Positions 8,721 through 17,562 are shown, counted from the stretch's first letter. The stretch: DNA of 32,795 bases from an uncultured archaeon (GCA_964534625.1 CAZHRF010000036.1:1-32795), one strand, 5' to 3'. Translations and numbers: made by a program. Notes: a model not told the origin generated them from the sequence alone.

Positions 8721-9518
8721 TTAGAAGACTTTTTCATCATCAAAACGCATGATAGTCTTTTCCCTATTCAACCAGTGAGCTACCCCTTTATTCACTAAAA
8801 TATCGACAACATCAATCAAATCCTCAGGAGGTAAAGTTGCCCATTCTTCATCAAATTGTGATAAATCAAAAAGTGAGTGGACTTCCACTACTCGACCAGT
8901 TTCCAACATGAAATTAAGCAAATCTTCAGCAAATTCAGCGTTTGTTTTCCACTTGATTCGGGCTCTAAGTTTAGTTGTTTCTTCCTTTTTTAGCCCAAAA
9001 ATCTTAGCTAACCACGCAAAAAACCCTCGTTTTTGTTCTTCATCCAACCAGGTTGCGTAGTCTTTCTCACCTAAGTAACCAACTAAGTTCCTCAGCTGTT
9101 CAATGGATAACTCTTTTCCTATTTCTTCATTCTTAAATGGGTAAACAGTACGTATTTTATTGATACTAATAATATGAATCACATATAATTTAGTATAATC
9201 AAGAAGAACCTTTGACCATTTATCAGACCATGAACCTATTTTATCTGTACTTTTGGGGGAAATATACATCCACGGTTTGTTCACCCATTTAGGTAACATG
9301 TCCTCGAACTCTTTTTCTAATTTAACTTGTTGATCCTTCTTAGTTAAAAGTCCAGTTTGAGACCTATCTATAGCTTTAGTAGTTTGTAATTCTTCTTCCG
9401 ATATTTCAATTCCTTTCAAACTGGCCTCAATTAATTTAAGTTTCTCCTCTGAAATCTTTTTTTCTTTCTTCAATTCTTCAAGATTCACATCTATTGATTC
9501 TTTTTCTAACGTTGCCAT
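8721..9518 (-). CDS. vps25: ESCRT-II Vps25-like protein with N-terminal coiled-coil extension
   Basis: PWMYISP (PPxY-like), WSDKWSKVLLDY, YPFKNEEIGKELS, RIKWKTNAEFAE, VHSLFDL, LVNKGVA tandem winged helices; GAGGT RBS. Confidence 0.85.
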   Translation of the reverse strand: MATLEKESIDVNLEELKKEKKISEEKLKLIEASLKGIEISEEELQTTKAIDRSQTGLLTKKDQQVKLEKEFEDMLPKWVNKPWMYISPKSTDKIGSWSDKWSKVLLDYTKLYVIHIISINKIRTVYPFKNEEIGKELSIEQLRNLVGYLGEKDYATWLDEEQKRGFFAWLAKIFGLKKEETTKLRARIKWKTNAEFAEDLLNFMLETGRVVEVHSLFDLSQFDEEWATLPPEDLIDVVDILVNKGVAHWLNREKTIMRFDDEKVF

Positions 9519-9534
9519 CCAATTACCTCATATA

Positions 9535-10677
9535 TTATGCTGAACCAAATTCGGCAGCCCAATCTAGATATTTATTAACTTCTCGCTCATTAACGGAAGG
9601 ATTAATATCCTGTATTGCTCCAATAAAATCACTCATGTTTACATCACGGGCTTGTACAGTTTCATCACCTAATGCACCAATACTGTCCAAATCACGGATT
9701 GGTTTCATAATAGCCTCTCTACATATCATAGCTATATCGGCACCAGAGTAGCCTTCAGTAATCTCTGCGAGCTTACCATAATCAACATCAGATTCCATGT
9801 TAACTTCACGGGTATTATACTTGAAAATACCTTCTCTAGCCTCCAGATCAGGTAAACCAATATAAATACGTCTTTCAAATCGTCTTCTAAATGCAGCATC
9901 AATACCTTCGGGAAAGTTAGTGGCGCCAAGAACAACTATACGGTCTTCGTCTTTACTACTTAAACCATCCATTGAAGTTAATAATTCGTTTTTTACACGT
10001 CGTAAAGCATCATGTTCGCTACCCCTAGAACCCGTCATAGCATCAACTTCATCAACAAATACAATGGAAGGTTGTCTTTCTCTTGCTATCTCGAAAAGCG
10101 TTTTTACTAACTTTTCTGATTCACCCAACCATTTTGACATCAAGGAAGATGCTGAAACATTGAAAAATGAGGCTTCTATCTCAGAGGCTGTTGCACGGGC
10201 TAGTAAAGTTTTACCACAACCAGGCGGACCAAATAATAGAATCCCTTTCCAAGGTCTGCGTGCTCCCCTAAACAAATCGGGTCGCATCAATGGAAGTACT
10301 ATGGCTTCACGTAAGGTTTGTTTTGCAACACTTAAGCCAGCAATGTCATTCATTTTAACATTTGGTTTTTCTGTTACAATAAGGTCATCAATTGCACTTG
10401 CTAATTTATCGTTATCAGAATCCGTTGCTCGTGCTTTGTTCCTTGAACGCTCTTTGATTTTTTCTCTCAATTCTTTTGCACGATCAACGTACATTTCAGC
10501 TTTTTTACGAAGCTGCTTTGCTACCTGGATATTACGTTCAAAACGGATAGCTTGTGTTAAGGCTTCAGCTGCTTCTAGATAATAAGCTACAGCCTCACTA
10601 TATTGTTGATCTTTATCTAAATTGTATGCTTTTTTAGCTTTCTTTGTTGCTTGCTCTATTATACCTCTAGCAGACAC
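9535..10677 (-). CDS. vps4: Vps4 AAA+ ATPase (MIT + AAA)
   Basis: MIT domain (A..YLEAAE.L..AIRFE..YVDRAKEL), Walker A GPPGCGKT, pore loop SKWLGESEK, Walker B VFVDE, RRRFERRIYI, C-terminal EFG. GAGGTG RBS favours GTG at 10677 over 10683. Confidence 0.95.
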   Translation of the reverse strand: MSARGIIEQATKKAKKAYNLDKDQQYSEAVAYYLEAAEALTQAIRFERNIQVAKQLRKKAEMYVDRAKELREKIKERSRNKARATDSDNDKLASAIDDLIVTEKPNVKMNDIAGLSVAKQTLREAIVLPLMRPDLFRGARRPWKGILLFGPPGCGKTLLARATASEIEASFFNVSASSLMSKWLGESEKLVKTLFEIARERQPSIVFVDEVDAMTGSRGSEHDALRRVKNELLTSMDGLSSKDEDRIVVLGATNFPEGIDAAFRRRFERRIYIGLPDLEAREGIFKYNTREVNMESDVDYGKLAEITEGYSGADIAMICREAIMKPIRDLDSIGALGDETVQARDVNMSDFIGAIQDINPSVNEREVNKYLDWAAEFGSA

Positions 10678-10902
10678 GTACACACCTCATCTTTATCTTG
10701 AAAGTTACAAGGGATGATTATAGTTGAAACGATATTAACAAGACGATTTCGTCTATTGTATTAAATAGTTTCCCAATAAAGGTTAAACGTTCTTATTAAT
10801 AAAGTATAGCATATTATCTAACGTAAGGAGTAAACAACCTAACAACATATGTCAGAATAAGAGAAAATAAAAAGAAAAAGAGAGTTATATGTTTAATAGT
10901 AA

Positions 10903-11568
10903 CTAATCATCCGATATTTCTTCTTTCAAAGCTTCTAATTCCGCCTCTAGATCCGATGTATCTTCAACTTGAGAACTTCTTGATTTACCTGTTGAAACAG
11001 AGGGTAATTCATCATCTATATCTATAGATGGAAGATCCCCAGTTGTTTCCATATCCAACTCTGCTTGAAGTTGATCTAATTCATCGTCAATAGATATATC
11101 AAAATCATCTTCGAAAGCACCCTCTGAGAAACTCGTATCACCTAAGATCTCTTGGGACATAGATAATCTATCTTGTTGCATAGCTGCTTTATCCATAACT
11201 TCTGCAACACGTTTTTCATCAATTTTTCCCATTTGTTGCTCTACAACGTTTGTCCCCGTCTCCATCGCCTTAACCGTTTCTGAGGTTGATTTAGCAGTAT
11301 CTATGCTCTCCATTTGTGTTTGGAGATTCATTATCATATTTTGAGCTTGATTGATTTTTTTTAGATAAATTCTTCTTCTTTGCATTGCAGAGCGTGCGCC
11401 ATTTTTATTTCCACTTTTAAGCATCTTTGCAGCGAGTACTTTTTGCTCATCAGAAAGTCGCTCATAATTACGAATATTACGTTCAAGCTTATTTATTTGA
11501 GCTTTTAACACGGAAAGGGCTTGAGCGTCATCTCGCCTTTTGTCACCAAATAACCATTTTTTGACCAT
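10903..11568 (-). CDS. ESCRT-III subunit, Vps20/32/60 (Snf7) class
   Basis: MVKKWLFG N-terminus, GNKNGARSAMQRRRIY, NLQTQMESID, VAEVMD, DDELDQL, MIM2-like LPSV, acidic C-terminal helix; GGTGAT RBS. Confidence 0.9.
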   Translation of the reverse strand: MVKKWLFGDKRRDDAQALSVLKAQINKLERNIRNYERLSDEQKVLAAKMLKSGNKNGARSAMQRRRIYLKKINQAQNMIMNLQTQMESIDTAKSTSETVKAMETGTNVVEQQMGKIDEKRVAEVMDKAAMQQDRLSMSQEILGDTSFSEGAFEDDFDISIDDELDQLQAELDMETTGDLPSIDIDDELPSVSTGKSRSSQVEDTSDLEAELEALKEEISDD

Positions 11569-11582
11569 AATATATCACCATC

Positions 11583-12194
11583 TTACTCTTCTTTATCACG
11601 AAGTTTTTGTATTTCAGCTTCTAAATCATCAACTTCTGCACCTACTGTGGGTAATGTGGTACCTGTTGTTATACCCATCTCAACTGCAGTTTGTTCAATT
11701 AACCTATCGACTTCTGACTCATCAGTATCACTCACAAGCATATCATCAATACCATCCTCTATTGTTTCCGTACTTGTTTCTATATTGTCGATAGACATTT
11801 CCATGTCTTGAATAACGCGATCCAAATCAGGTATTTGCAGTTGTGCATTAGCCATTCTTAGGGCGTCAGCAACACCGTGCATTTCTTCAGCCATTGAAGC
11901 GGCTGAATCAGCACGCTCTAACTTGAATATGAGACCATTAATTCTAGAAACCAATTTTTGATATCCTAGTGACCACTTGCGGCTGCGAACGATATCTGTA
12001 CTATATAACCTTGCGGCTTCCATATCACCTCGTTCAATAGCTTTACGCATTTTTTGTTCCATCTTTCTTTCATCAGAATCGATTTTACGTTGTGCGCGTT
12101 CAAGTCGTCGGATAGTAAGCTTAAGATTCACAATATGTTCTCTAGGTGAACTACTACCTGACCCAAATAACCAGCCAAAGAATGAACTAAACAT
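11583..12194 (-). CDS. ESCRT-III subunit, Vps2/24/46 class
   Basis: LKLTIRRLER..DERKMEQKMRKAIERGDMEAARLYSTDIVRSRK; C-terminal MIM1-like DDLEAEIQKLR; amphipathic MFSSFFGWLFG. Confidence 0.92.
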   Translation of the reverse strand: MFSSFFGWLFGSGSSSPREHIVNLKLTIRRLERAQRKIDSDERKMEQKMRKAIERGDMEAARLYSTDIVRSRKWSLGYQKLVSRINGLIFKLERADSAASMAEEMHGVADALRMANAQLQIPDLDRVIQDMEMSIDNIETSTETIEDGIDDMLVSDTDESEVDRLIEQTAVEMGITTGTTLPTVGAEVDDLEAEIQKLRDKEE

Positions 12195-12514
12195 TTTTTC
12201 TCACTTGTCTTTATCGCTTATATTATTTAATCTTTTGGAGTCTTTTATACCTATCTATTCCGTTTCTCTTTTTTGAAGGTTTTCTGGATTACTTTATTAT
12301 TTTCACTTTAATTGGCTCGTTTACTGACACATAGAGTAAAAATATCCTTTGTTAGTAGAGAGTAGGAAATGCTTGTGAATCTTTAACAAAAGATAAACAC
12401 AAATAAACTTAATAATTAAGGCGGAATCATTTCAACGAAGTAAAGATAAGAAAAGAAAAGACCACTTTAATCCGATTGTGGTTCTTTATGTTTCTTTAAA
12501 AAGAGGTAATAAAA

Positions 12515-12883
12515 ATGACAGAAGACAAACCAATTATTCATCCACCATTATCTATGAAGACAAAGAGCTTGAAAGAATTAGCAAAAGTTATCCTATCTGG
12601 AGCCAATCCGCAGAGAGGAGCAGGATATCTAAATTATATCGTGCTTGAGAATAAAACTATATATTTCACAATGCATATGGGAATGGGGTACTATAATCTT
12701 CGTTCTTTGCCAATAATTCTTTGGACTGAGGAAGAAAAACCTCCAACAGGTGGATTTTTGAGATATAGAACATCACCAAAAGAAGAATTGGTGTTTGCCA
12801 CAGATGGTTCTGATCCAAAGTGGGCAACTCTACCCTTAGTAGAATATGAAGAAATTCCAGAAGAATTCAAAGTGTTCGAGTAA
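12515..12883 (+). CDS. Conserved hypothetical archaeal protein (resembles a small TACK/crenarchaeal conserved family)
   Basis: AGAGGT RBS; KSLKELAK, GYYNLRSLPII and LPLVEY pattern recalled from uncharacterised crenarchaeal proteins. Confidence 0.55.
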   Translation: MTEDKPIIHPPLSMKTKSLKELAKVILSGANPQRGAGYLNYIVLENKTIYFTMHMGMGYYNLRSLPIILWTEEEKPPTGGFLRYRTSPKEELVFATDGSDPKWATLPLVEYEEIPEEFKVFE

Positions 12884-13103
12884 GACCAGTAGAGAGTTGA
12901 AAGTTAACCATCTCATTTAACACCGCTTTAATCTAATTTCAGTTATCATAAAGAACCTACCTAAGGAAACAATTTTCAACCTTTTTGTTTTTTTAAATGT
13001 ATTAATAAAACAATTCCTTTTGATAATTAATTACGAAATAAAACAACGTTTAAGGAAGTTTAAGGAGAGTAAAGAAAAAATAAAGAAATAAAATAGAATT
13101 AAT

Positions 13104-14402
13104 TTAATCTCTTATAGCCTTTTTTCCATCACGTAAAAATTGTGTGAAATTAATTCTTGAAGGACATACATAAGAACACAATCCACATTCAATACAGACC
13201 TCAACATGGAGTTTTCTTAACATATTTACATCATCTTTTTTTGCTGCATCCATTATCAGTTGAGGATAGATATCTACTGGACATACGATATTACAATATG
13301 AACAACGTATACATGGCAAGGAATTCTCATAGGGGTCATGTTCTTCTGCTTGAAAAGCTGTTACTGCAGAAGTAGCTTTTAGAACAGGATATGAGGCATC
13401 ATCTATAGTTGGTCCCATCATAATTGAACCTAAAACTATTCTATTAAATTTTGTCGGAGATAATTTTAGATAATCAAGGATATGATTAACGGGTGTTCCC
13501 ATGCGTACCCACAAATTCTTCCCTTTTGTCTCTTTAGAATAGAAGGTAATACCCCGTGAGACTAGTGTTTCACCATTATATACTGCATCCCAAACTGCAT
13601 AAGCTGTTGCAATGTTATGTACGATTATTCCAATATCAGGCGCATATTGACCTGCTGGAACTTCAATGCCTAAAATTTCTTTTATTAAGAGTTTTTCACT
13701 TCCAACAGAATAATTGGGACGAATACGTTCAATAAGTATATCGTTGTCTCTCAAAAGTGCTTCAAACTCTGGTGTTGTACCTTCCTTTGTTCGTGTAGCA
13801 AAAATAATTTGATCCACGTCAAGCATTTTACCCATCAGTTTTATACCTTTTATTAGTTCCTTAGATTTTTCAACCATCAAACGGAAGTCACAAGCAATAT
13901 TTGGATCGCTTTCTTTGGCATTTATAATCAAGCAAGAAATAGCTTTTGATCCAAGTTTTACATGACTAGGGAATGAAGCACCACCAAGCCCAACTATTCC
14001 CGCTTCCTTAACGCGCTCAATTAATTGCGCTCTTGTTGCATTTTTGGGATCTAGAGGGTCTAAAGCACGCTTTTTTTCTTCATTTTCTGTTTTTATCACT
14101 ATTGCAATTTCATCATTTCCAGAAATAGGATTTTTTATTTCTTTTTTTTCGACTATTTTACCATTAACAGGACTATGAACTGGAGTACAAAGTGCATTTT
14201 CATCATCAATATCACCAATTTTTTGACCATACTTTACACGATCTCCAACTTTTACTAATGGTTCAGCTTTTTTTCCGATATGCTGACTTAAGAACACAAT
14301 CATGTGTTCAGCAGGAGGTACTTCCGTAAATGGGTCATCGACGGCCGTTTTTTTCATATCGATGTTCATCTCAAAACGACCTTTTTCCTTGAAATGTTGC
14401 AT
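13104..14402 (-). CDS. rnfC: RnfC/RsxC-like electron-transfer subunit (FMN/NADH domain plus two [4Fe-4S])
   Basis: SQHIG..VKVGDRV..GQKIG, PVHSPVNG, AGIVGLGGASFPSHVKL, GSEKLLI, MMG, CIRCSYCNIVCP and CIECGLCSYVCP; GGAGGTG RBS favours ATG 14402. Confidence 0.88.
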   Translation of the reverse strand: MQHFKEKGRFEMNIDMKKTAVDDPFTEVPPAEHMIVFLSQHIGKKAEPLVKVGDRVKYGQKIGDIDDENALCTPVHSPVNGKIVEKKEIKNPISGNDEIAIVIKTENEEKKRALDPLDPKNATRAQLIERVKEAGIVGLGGASFPSHVKLGSKAISCLIINAKESDPNIACDFRLMVEKSKELIKGIKLMGKMLDVDQIIFATRTKEGTTPEFEALLRDNDILIERIRPNYSVGSEKLLIKEILGIEVPAGQYAPDIGIIVHNIATAYAVWDAVYNGETLVSRGITFYSKETKGKNLWVRMGTPVNHILDYLKLSPTKFNRIVLGSIMMGPTIDDASYPVLKATSAVTAFQAEEHDPYENSLPCIRCSYCNIVCPVDIYPQLIMDAAKKDDVNMLRKLHVEVCIECGLCSYVCPSRINFTQFLRDGKKAIRD

Positions 14403-14403
14403 A

Positions 14404-15441
14404 CTAAGCACCTCCTTTTGATATTACATGTCCGTAAGGTCTTTTCATAATAATTTTATCCAGATATGGGGTTAGTGCATTTAACGCCACAAGTGCAATA
14501 ATTGATCCTCCAAGTACATTTAGAAGTTGTAAAAAGAAAGTCAAAATTGCAAGGGATATACCGAATATATATTGTGATAGTTCAGGCATAGGTGTCGATT
14601 GGGGTTCAGTAGCCATAAAAAAGACCATGAAGATAACACTGCCAGTAAAGACATGAAATGCAATTCTTAAAATGATATCTCCTTGGAATAAACCCATAAT
14701 AAGAGCTAAACCAGTCATTGTCAATAGAGAACTTACTATGATTCTCCATTTGTACCTTAACCAATATGCTGCGATTGATCCTACAATAAGTACTAAGATA
14801 CCACAAGCTCCACCTATCCACCCGTGAGTTTGCCAAAAGAAAAGACTCTGGGCAGCGGACAAATCTTGTCCAAATAGACTTTCACGTTGGAATATCCACA
14901 TTGAAGCATTAAATCCTTCTGAAGTCCATAGGTTTAGATCTAAATGATGGGGATGAAATATCATACCAAGTTTTAGAGGCTCATCCAAAAAGAATAGTAT
15001 CGATAAGACAACCAGAGCTAACACTTTGGCAGCTGCAGCAGGATTCAGATATTTTCTTTCAAAATACTTACCTTGTCCATATTTGAACAAGAGAATAGTT
15101 AATAAGGCAACACCAGCTGTAGTGTAAAAAGGGGAAGCGATTGGCATACATAAACCAACTATCATTCCTGCCACAAGAGGGGACATTGGGGTTTCATAGG
15201 TGGGAGAAATGTTTTTCATTTTCTGGTATGAATAGATTAGACTATGAACAATCAATACCGTTCCTAAAGCGATGATTATATGAACAAATGCATCGACACC
15301 CATAATTATAATTGAAACTACTGCAATTATGGACAACATTAAAAATGTCTTCAGCATTAATTCATCTTTGGTAAATCCAATATGAATATGAGGGGGATTT
15401 ACATCTTTATAATTTACTGTTTTAGATTCTTCTGGGTTCAT
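14404..15441 (-). CDS. rnfD: RnfD/RsxD (NqrB family)-like membrane protein
   Basis: PPHIH, LNPAAAA, FFMATEPQSTP, NALTPYLD; many TM segments; adjacent to rnfC. Confidence 0.85.
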   Translation of the reverse strand: MNPEESKTVNYKDVNPPHIHIGFTKDELMLKTFLMLSIIAVVSIIIMGVDAFVHIIIALGTVLIVHSLIYSYQKMKNISPTYETPMSPLVAGMIVGLCMPIASPFYTTAGVALLTILLFKYGQGKYFERKYLNPAAAAKVLALVVLSILFFLDEPLKLGMIFHPHHLDLNLWTSEGFNASMWIFQRESLFGQDLSAAQSLFFWQTHGWIGGACGILVLIVGSIAAYWLRYKWRIIVSSLLTMTGLALIMGLFQGDIILRIAFHVFTGSVIFMVFFMATEPQSTPMPELSQYIFGISLAILTFFLQLLNVLGGSIIALVALNALTPYLDKIIMKRPYGHVISKGGA

Positions 15442-15545
15442 ATTTAATCTTTCATAGACAATTATTAAATGTTTTCTTTTTTAAAATTGTGTTAGACAGA
15501 GTTAAAGCACGACTATTTCCACTTCAAGAAAAAACGATTTATTTT

Positions 15546-15974
15546 TTAAGAAGAAAAACTCAATGCATAACCACATTTAGAGCAAAATTCATCTTTTTTG
15601 CTTTTCTTTACGCCACAGCTAGGACAAAACGCAATTTTTTTAATCTTGGATAATTCTTCTCCGCACTTTGAGCAAAACTCTTCTTCTTTTTTAAGTTTAT
15701 TTCCACAACTCGCACAATATTTAATACTTTTTACCACTTGTTGCTTTCTTTGTGGTTTTCTACTCTTTAACAATCGAATCTGTATCAAAACCATCACCAA
15801 CAAAATAAAACCAACTGATGCTATGACAACAAATACTATATCACCAGGTTGAACCAATAGCTTTTTATTATCTATTAGATTTGAAATCAGTCCATAGCTA
15901 CCATAAATGAGTCCAGCTATACCAAACAACAATTCTGTTACAATCCACGTTATTTTATCAATTTGAGATGGCAC
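15546..15974 (-). CDS. Membrane-anchored double zinc-ribbon protein
   Basis: Two N-terminal TM helices; CASCG..FCSKCG and CPSCG..FCSKCG repeats. Confidence 0.75.
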   Translation of the reverse strand: MPSQIDKITWIVTELLFGIAGLIYGSYGLISNLIDNKKLLVQPGDIVFVVIASVGFILLVMVLIQIRLLKSRKPQRKQQVVKSIKYCASCGNKLKKEEEFCSKCGEELSKIKKIAFCPSCGVKKSKKDEFCSKCGYALSFSS

Positions 15975-16086
15975 AGATAAATATTTACTCCATCATATAA
16001 ATTTATTTTCCTCATTTTAATGTAATTGATAATAAAAAAGAAAAAAACACGTTACAAGCATATTAAATCCAAAATGTAGTATAAAC

Positions 16087-17484
16087 TCATAAATTGTTAT
16101 TAAAATATGATTCAAATTCTTGATTACTCAATATTCTATTCAATTCAGTATCTAATCTACTCTGTTCCATCATCAAACTACGTAATAGTTCATTCATTTT
16201 TCTAGTATTCCCTATTGTTTTTCTTCTTTGAATTAAGGACATTATTCTCCGTCTATTTTCTAAAAGTTTAGCTCTTAAATTATCGATAATTACTCGTTTA
16301 CTGTCTTTTCTTCTAATTTCAGTTCTCACTTCTCGTTTGTTTAACAAATAACCTTTTAAGAACTCCATATGTTCTTCATTGTTACGTTTCAAAAGATTAA
16401 TTGGTACAGTTTGATCCCGTATTTTTTCTATAATCTTTATGTTACTTATATTATAGTCGATATAATTATTTTTAATTTCAAAATACGTAGGAAGTTCATT
16501 AATTACTTTTTTTCTTCCAATCAACTTGTATATATCAGTATTTGTACGGAATTGTAACATTTCACCAAAAAAGAAAGACTCTTCCTTTGTTGGAGAAGTG
16601 AAAGAGAACAAACTAACAACACGGTCTAGTTTGATTCTAACATTGAAAAGTCCTTTCTCCCTTAAGAAATACAGATTATTGGTGGTAAAAACTAAGGTAT
16701 ACTTTTTAATTAAACCATTATTAATCCTCACATTAATTCTAGGAATGATAGCAATCAGTTCTTCTTGGGTTGAAGGTAATACTCTATGTATCTTTTTTAG
16801 TAAAGACCAATGATAGATAATATAATCAGTCTTTTTTTCAACCTTTTTGAATTCAAGTTCAAGATTATTAATTGATTTATTGATATTTTGTTTTAAATTG
16901 TCAAACCGAGTATCAAGAGCAGAAAGTAATTCTTCTGTAATCTCTATATGTTTAAGACTGACAAATCGCAAATAGTTCACAGATTCCAGTCGCTTCTTGA
17001 TCATAGAAAAAGCTTCTGAATCAAATTTTCGTAAGTGGTCAATGAATTCACTAATTTTTACCTGTAAAATAGTCAATTCTTGCTCTATCTCAGGAAATAG
17101 TTTGAGTTTGGCTTGTCGTCCTAGATGAACAATTTTAACTAGGTTATTGAATCTGTCAGTTAGATTCCTGATCGGCCCATAATACTCATATAAGCGGTCA
17201 TAACTTTTGTAAATCCTACTTGGAAGACTCTCATGATATGATTCGCCATCTTCAACGGTAGGACTACCACACATCTTACAAAACTTTAGTGCCATATATT
17301 TGGTGTGGTGTATATTGGTTTTACATTTATTACATATAGGTTCATTAGACTCTCTTTTGCAGTTATAGCAATAATAATTAACACTCCGTGTATAAACATG
17401 TTCTTTACAGAGAATGTTTTTACAAGATGTACAATAATATTTAGCTTGTAGAGAACAATAATTACAGTTAACAACCATGGGCAT
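16087..17484 (-). CDS. Hypothetical protein: AN1/B-box-like Zn finger + extra CxxC pairs + coiled coil + PH-like domain + coiled coil
   Basis: CNYC-x7-CTSC-x4-C-x2-H, CYNC/CNKC/CKMC; heptad-rich middle; EELIAII..TLVFTTNNLYFL..KGLF beta pattern. GGTGG RBS favours ATG 17484. Confidence 0.65.
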   Translation of the reverse strand: MPMVVNCNYCSLQAKYYCTSCKNILCKEHVYTRSVNYYCYNCKRESNEPICNKCKTNIHHTKYMALKFCKMCGSPTVEDGESYHESLPSRIYKSYDRLYEYYGPIRNLTDRFNNLVKIVHLGRQAKLKLFPEIEQELTILQVKISEFIDHLRKFDSEAFSMIKKRLESVNYLRFVSLKHIEITEELLSALDTRFDNLKQNINKSINNLELEFKKVEKKTDYIIYHWSLLKKIHRVLPSTQEELIAIIPRINVRINNGLIKKYTLVFTTNNLYFLREKGLFNVRIKLDRVVSLFSFTSPTKEESFFFGEMLQFRTNTDIYKLIGRKKVINELPTYFEIKNNYIDYNISNIKIIEKIRDQTVPINLLKRNNEEHMEFLKGYLLNKREVRTEIRRKDSKRVIIDNLRAKLLENRRRIMSLIQRRKTIGNTRKMNELLRSLMMEQSRLDTELNRILSNQEFESYFNNNL

Positions 17485-17562
17485 GAGAACCACCAATAAG
17501 AAAATTTGGTGAGATTCTTTTTAATAAAATGTAATATCCAGAAGATGATTGAGAGAAGATAT

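Noticed and set aside
9920-10582. Long antisense ORFs (also 1742..2308, 6243..6641, 24548..24889, 25478..25849, 28679..28996)
   Set aside because: Shadow ORFs opposite well-supported genes; no motifs
11013-11030. CATCTATA-TC-TATAGATG-type palindrome in ESCRT-IIIB
   Set aside because: Explained by codons of the SIDIDD low-complexity segment
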